From: Octopus vulgaris
Lineage: Eukaryota
Assembly (NCBI GenBank): GCA_951406725.2
Contig: OX597816.1
Span: 42,842,001-42,906,000, forward strand
Reading direction: 5' to 3'
DNA length: 64,000 nucleotides
Shown: piece by piece, positions 61,035 through 64,000 of the stretch
Position numbering within the stretch: position 1 is the first letter of the stretch
How the letters are laid out: each line of letters starts with the position of its first letter
Position numbers and translations under genes: made by a program
The notes under the pieces: model-generated
What the model was told of the DNA's origin: nothing
The model's input: only the letters and a program-made list of their open reading frames with translations
The model's database searches: none

Positions 61035-61696
61035 TATATACATATATGTGTGCATATATGTATACACACACATGTATATATATATATATATACATATACA
61101 TACATAGTATGTGTACATATACTTACATATTCTCAAAGTGGCATAGGCACATATTCAGTGTATCATGTGCGAAATGTGATTATATTCTGATGATATAAAA
61201 TCAAAAACGTAATGAATATATAAATGAATGAGTAGATTGATATGAGTTAGGGTAATAATTTATGCATAGGAAGAGAAATTTACCGTAAATTCCCTGAAGG
61301 CGGAAATAATCAGTATAAGTGATGCGGCTGTGACTGCGGTATTTTGTAGTTGTGCTGTTACAAGTAATATTTAAAATATTGATTTCTAATATAGACACAA
61401 GGCCACATAATTTGGCAGATGGGTATATTCGATTAAATCGAATTTGTGCTCGCCTGGCATTTATTTTATCGACCCAGGGAACCGTGAAATGAAAAGAGAA
61501 AAAAAAAAACACATCTACAGCGACAGCGTTGTTTGAACTTTGAATGTAAAGTGTTCGAATACTGGAGTGAAGGACCGATCGATGTCTCTCGTGGCCTTTT
61601 CAGCGGTTACGTCAATTCACCTGAAAGAGTATTACTGATTTATAACTTAGGACCAAGGGCAATAATTAGGCTTAATAATGTGCTGCGTCTTATATT

Positions 61697-62002
61697 TTTA
61701 TTTATTATTTATGCGCCCTTTTCAAGCCTAGCCAGGCTCACAGGCCCGCTTTCCCGGTTTCTATGGCGTATGTGTTCCTCCCAGCTGGACGGGACGCCAG
61801 TCCATCGCAGCGATACTCAATAGATGAGAGAGAAATTTGGAGCGAAAGAGTACAACAGGGGTCGCCACCATCCCACGCCAGAGCATTGTAGAGCTTTAGG
61901 TGTTTTCGCTCAATAAACACACACAACGCCCGGTCTGGGAATCGAAATCGCGATCCTCCGACCGTGAGTCCATTGCCCTAACCACTGGGCCATTGCGCCT
62001 CC
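61697..62002 (-). mobile_element. tRNA-derived SINE family 3 with a 15-bp target-site duplication
   Basis: Head ggaggcgcaatggcccagtggttagggc. TSD gctgcg(t/g)cttatatt at 61682-61696 and 62003-62017. A-rich tail. Confidence 0.88.
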
Positions 62003-62488
62003 GCTGCGGCTTATATTACACCATATAATTCACTGGTGCCTGTTTTACTGGCGGTATAGTGAAGAGAGAAAATGTCCAAGCTGAAATTGAGCTCAGTAAG
62101 AATATTTGAGACTAGACACGAAAATAATTTTTGCGATACTCTGATAATCCAGATAAATCACTGCTGCGAGTTAACACTAAACATTATTAACAGAGGACGA
62201 TTCACCTTCGAGCCATGTAATGTATTGCATTATTTGTTCCGGATCATGGAGATTTGTGATCAAATCCAGAGGATATCCAAAGTCGTTTTCATTATTTTGT
62301 AGTCGATAAATACTGTCGATAAATACTGTACTGTCGCAGTCATTTCTCTCTTACACCAGCTATCATACCCTGTATGTTTCGTTGGATCAAGGTTAGGGAC
62401 ACATTTAATCTAACTAAATGGGTATGAAAGAGAGCAAAGGTTGCGTTTATATATATATATATATATATATCTAACTATCTATCTATAC

Positions 62489-62535
<47 letters not shown>

Positions 62536-63368
62536 TGTATGTATGTATGTATGTATGTATGTATGTATGTGTGTGCGTGTGTGTGCGTTTCTATGTATAT
62601 ATATAAGTGTGAATGTGTATAAATATATACTACGATTTCATATGTTTATTTGACGGACGGATGTAGTGGTTCCACTCTAGATACAAGAAATGCAACAGCA
62701 TAGCCATGTCGCTAGAAAGTCTGAAAAACTACTTTGTAATATTTGTCCTAACTCTTTACTTTGTGAGATCAAATCTCGTGGCGGTGTACTTTGCTTTCAT
62801 CCATTCAAGATCAATAAATAAAATACTAGTTAAATACTAGAAATGATGGTATCCAATTTAAAATATTTTGTTGCATACTTGGGTCATATACTTAACCGCC
62901 CAATTTAAATCGTTTGTGTACTTAATAGGCCCTTAATCTGTTACACGTGTTCGTGCATGCTTTCATGACTAACAGAGAAGTTACTGAAATTGTACATCGC
63001 AATCATTTCTTGTTTTCAAATAGATGTTTAAAGGATCTATAACATTGTCAGATGCCTTCTATAAATCAGAGACAAGACTTGCTAGTAGTATTAAACTAAT
63101 ACTGACTTTAGTAACAGTTTCCCATTTGGGAACTGGGTCTGCAAATTTGAAGTGAAGGGCTACTTAATTTCAACAATTTAATAGATACTTTATGTCAGCG
63201 AAATCCAGGGATTAAACGACAGAGACAAATAGCGCAAACTATTTCCCGGCGCTCTAATTTTTCTGCCGCTATTCGTCTTTCTATTGATATTAATATAGTC
63301 TCTTGGAAAGAAACATTAGAACGTTGGATAACTTAGTACGTGTTATACACAAACAAATGCTTTTATGC

Positions 63369-63433
<65 letters not shown>

Positions 63434-63436
<3 letters not shown>

Positions 63437-64000
63437 CCAAACGGGAAACAAAAAAACAACAACAATGGAACAATTACAGTATTATTATTAATAGGCGCTC
63501 AGGAAATGGAAGCAGGGAGGTATGACGTTTCGAGCGGAGCTCTTCGTCGGAAACATAAAGAAGGAAGAGAGAGGAAAGAAAGATCCCAGAGCGGGCAACA
63601 GGGATAGAGAAAAAAACGACTGGTGTTTACGAGTTACACATGGTGAAAGGCGGATGTTTACGAAAACAAGAGCAAAGTAGGTTTTTAAAGGCAAAAGAGT
63701 GGAGACAAGGTTGGTAACGCAACAGATGTGTGTGTATGTGTGAGTGTGTGCGTGTGCGTGTGTGTATGTGTGTGTGTGAGGCGAGATAAAAAAACAAAAA
63801 ATATATGTATGTGTTAGTGTGTGCGTCTGTGTGTAGGCGTGTGAGGTAGGGCGAGACAGTGGTCAGCATAGCAGACAAAGGTCAGTAGTAAGAAAAAGAA
63901 GGAAGGAGGAAGGGAGGGAGGGGAAGGGGTGGGGCGTATGTAGCGTGCCAGCGTGTGTTGAGTAGTAGTGTGTGTGTGTGTCCAGTGTCGTGGTAGTATT
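63434..64000 (-). mobile_element. family A HHR element (HHR at 63520-63554), probably the 3' end of a PLE running off the window
   Basis: GUUU-CCGACGAA-GAGC UCC GCUC-GAAAC-GUC. Homologous to 14871-15070; 3' end abuts (TA)n. Confidence 0.72.

Overview
AT-rich, microsatellite-saturated animal genomic DNA, most likely from an octopus or other cephalopod (inferred from the tRNA-derived SINE families and repeat landscape). No host gene is recognisable, and most ORF-track entries are microsatellite translations. The window is almost entirely mobile-element material. It holds a nearly intact Neptune-type Penelope-like element (PLE; RT + Cys linker + GIY-YIG, 853-3428, minus strand) and three further PLE relics. 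It also holds four R4/Dong-like REL-endonuclease LINE 3' ends, RTE fragments, a Tc1 IR/DR transposon nested in a SINE, mariner relics and a MITE, a composite Helitron, and many SINEs. The main hidden signal is about 15 type-I hammerhead ribozyme (HHR) motifs from several distinct short non-coding families, mostly embedded in (TA)n tracts. These include a retrozyme-like insertion (39182-39744; 396-bp period) whose 5' end starts 6 nt after its own predicted cleavage site. Several families carry recurrent catalytic-core variants (A6U, U4C, U3-A8), and several insertions have a head-to-head fold-back structure. All structures were read by eye; none was computed or tested.
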